NCBI GenBank assembly: GCA_051362555.1
Contig: CM120642.1
Span: forward strand, 33,542,001 to 33,606,000
Direction: 5' to 3'
Origin: Lingula anatina
Taxonomy: Eukaryota > Animalia > Brachiopoda
Length of the DNA: 64,000 bases
Each line of letters begins with the position of its first letter. The stretch's first letter is position 1. Both the position numbers and the translations under genes were made by a program. Below are positions 63,806 to 64,000 of the stretch, piece after piece. Under the pieces are notes generated by a model that was not told the DNA's origin, made no database searches, and worked only from the letters and a program-made list of their open reading frames with translations.

Positions 63806-64000
63806 GTGAGGGTATGCCCTTGTTATTTCCAAGAATGGCAACATTTGGGATAACAACTTGGTTAATCCCCCCCCCCACCATTTGTTTCACAAACGTTACT
63901 ATTAAATAATTCTAAAAAGATTAAAATATTGCCTTTTTGCTATTTACAACCCAATTTACTGTCTCACTTCTTACAAAGGTTCTTACAATACCGAGTTTCA

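Larger units (their letters stand above)
56040..64000 (+). repeat. Recent tandem segmental duplication of the C1GALT1-like unit (~56040-59260 vs ~61275-64000+)
   Basis: Long near-identical non-coding and coding tracts, e.g. 56410-57030 vs 61672-62296 and 58560-59240 vs 63327-64000. Confidence 0.9.

Overview
AT-rich, intron-containing animal genomic DNA, most likely a marine invertebrate (inferred from gene families and transposon types; species not determinable). The ORF track shows only exon fragments, so gene models were rebuilt by hand from splice sites and reading-frame continuity. Left to right: (1) a decayed LINE 3' end and two tandem SLC16/MCT-like transporter genes on the minus strand, one complete (6 exons, ~420 aa). 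(2) A five-gene cluster plus an orphan exon encoding secreted, exon-shuffled proteins with a signal peptide, a PAN/Apple domain and Caspr/Neurexin-IV-type fibrinogen-like domain(s). Genes A and B (~1040 aa) add FN3, discoidin (F5/8C) and SUEL lectin modules; C is PAN-FN3-FBG; D and E are PAN-FBG. (3) A cytosolic-type (SULT1-like) sulfotransferase with an unexpected N-terminal hydrophobic signal/anchor. (4) A tandem array of C1GALT1-like GT31 galactosyltransferases; one copy is frameshifted and two copies are each preceded by two different membrane-anchor first exons. Many non-autonomous DNA transposons are present, two with empty sites visible in paralogues. The best candidate for an undescribed system is the modular, loop-variable PAN/Caspr-FBG secreted family next to glycan-modifying enzymes.
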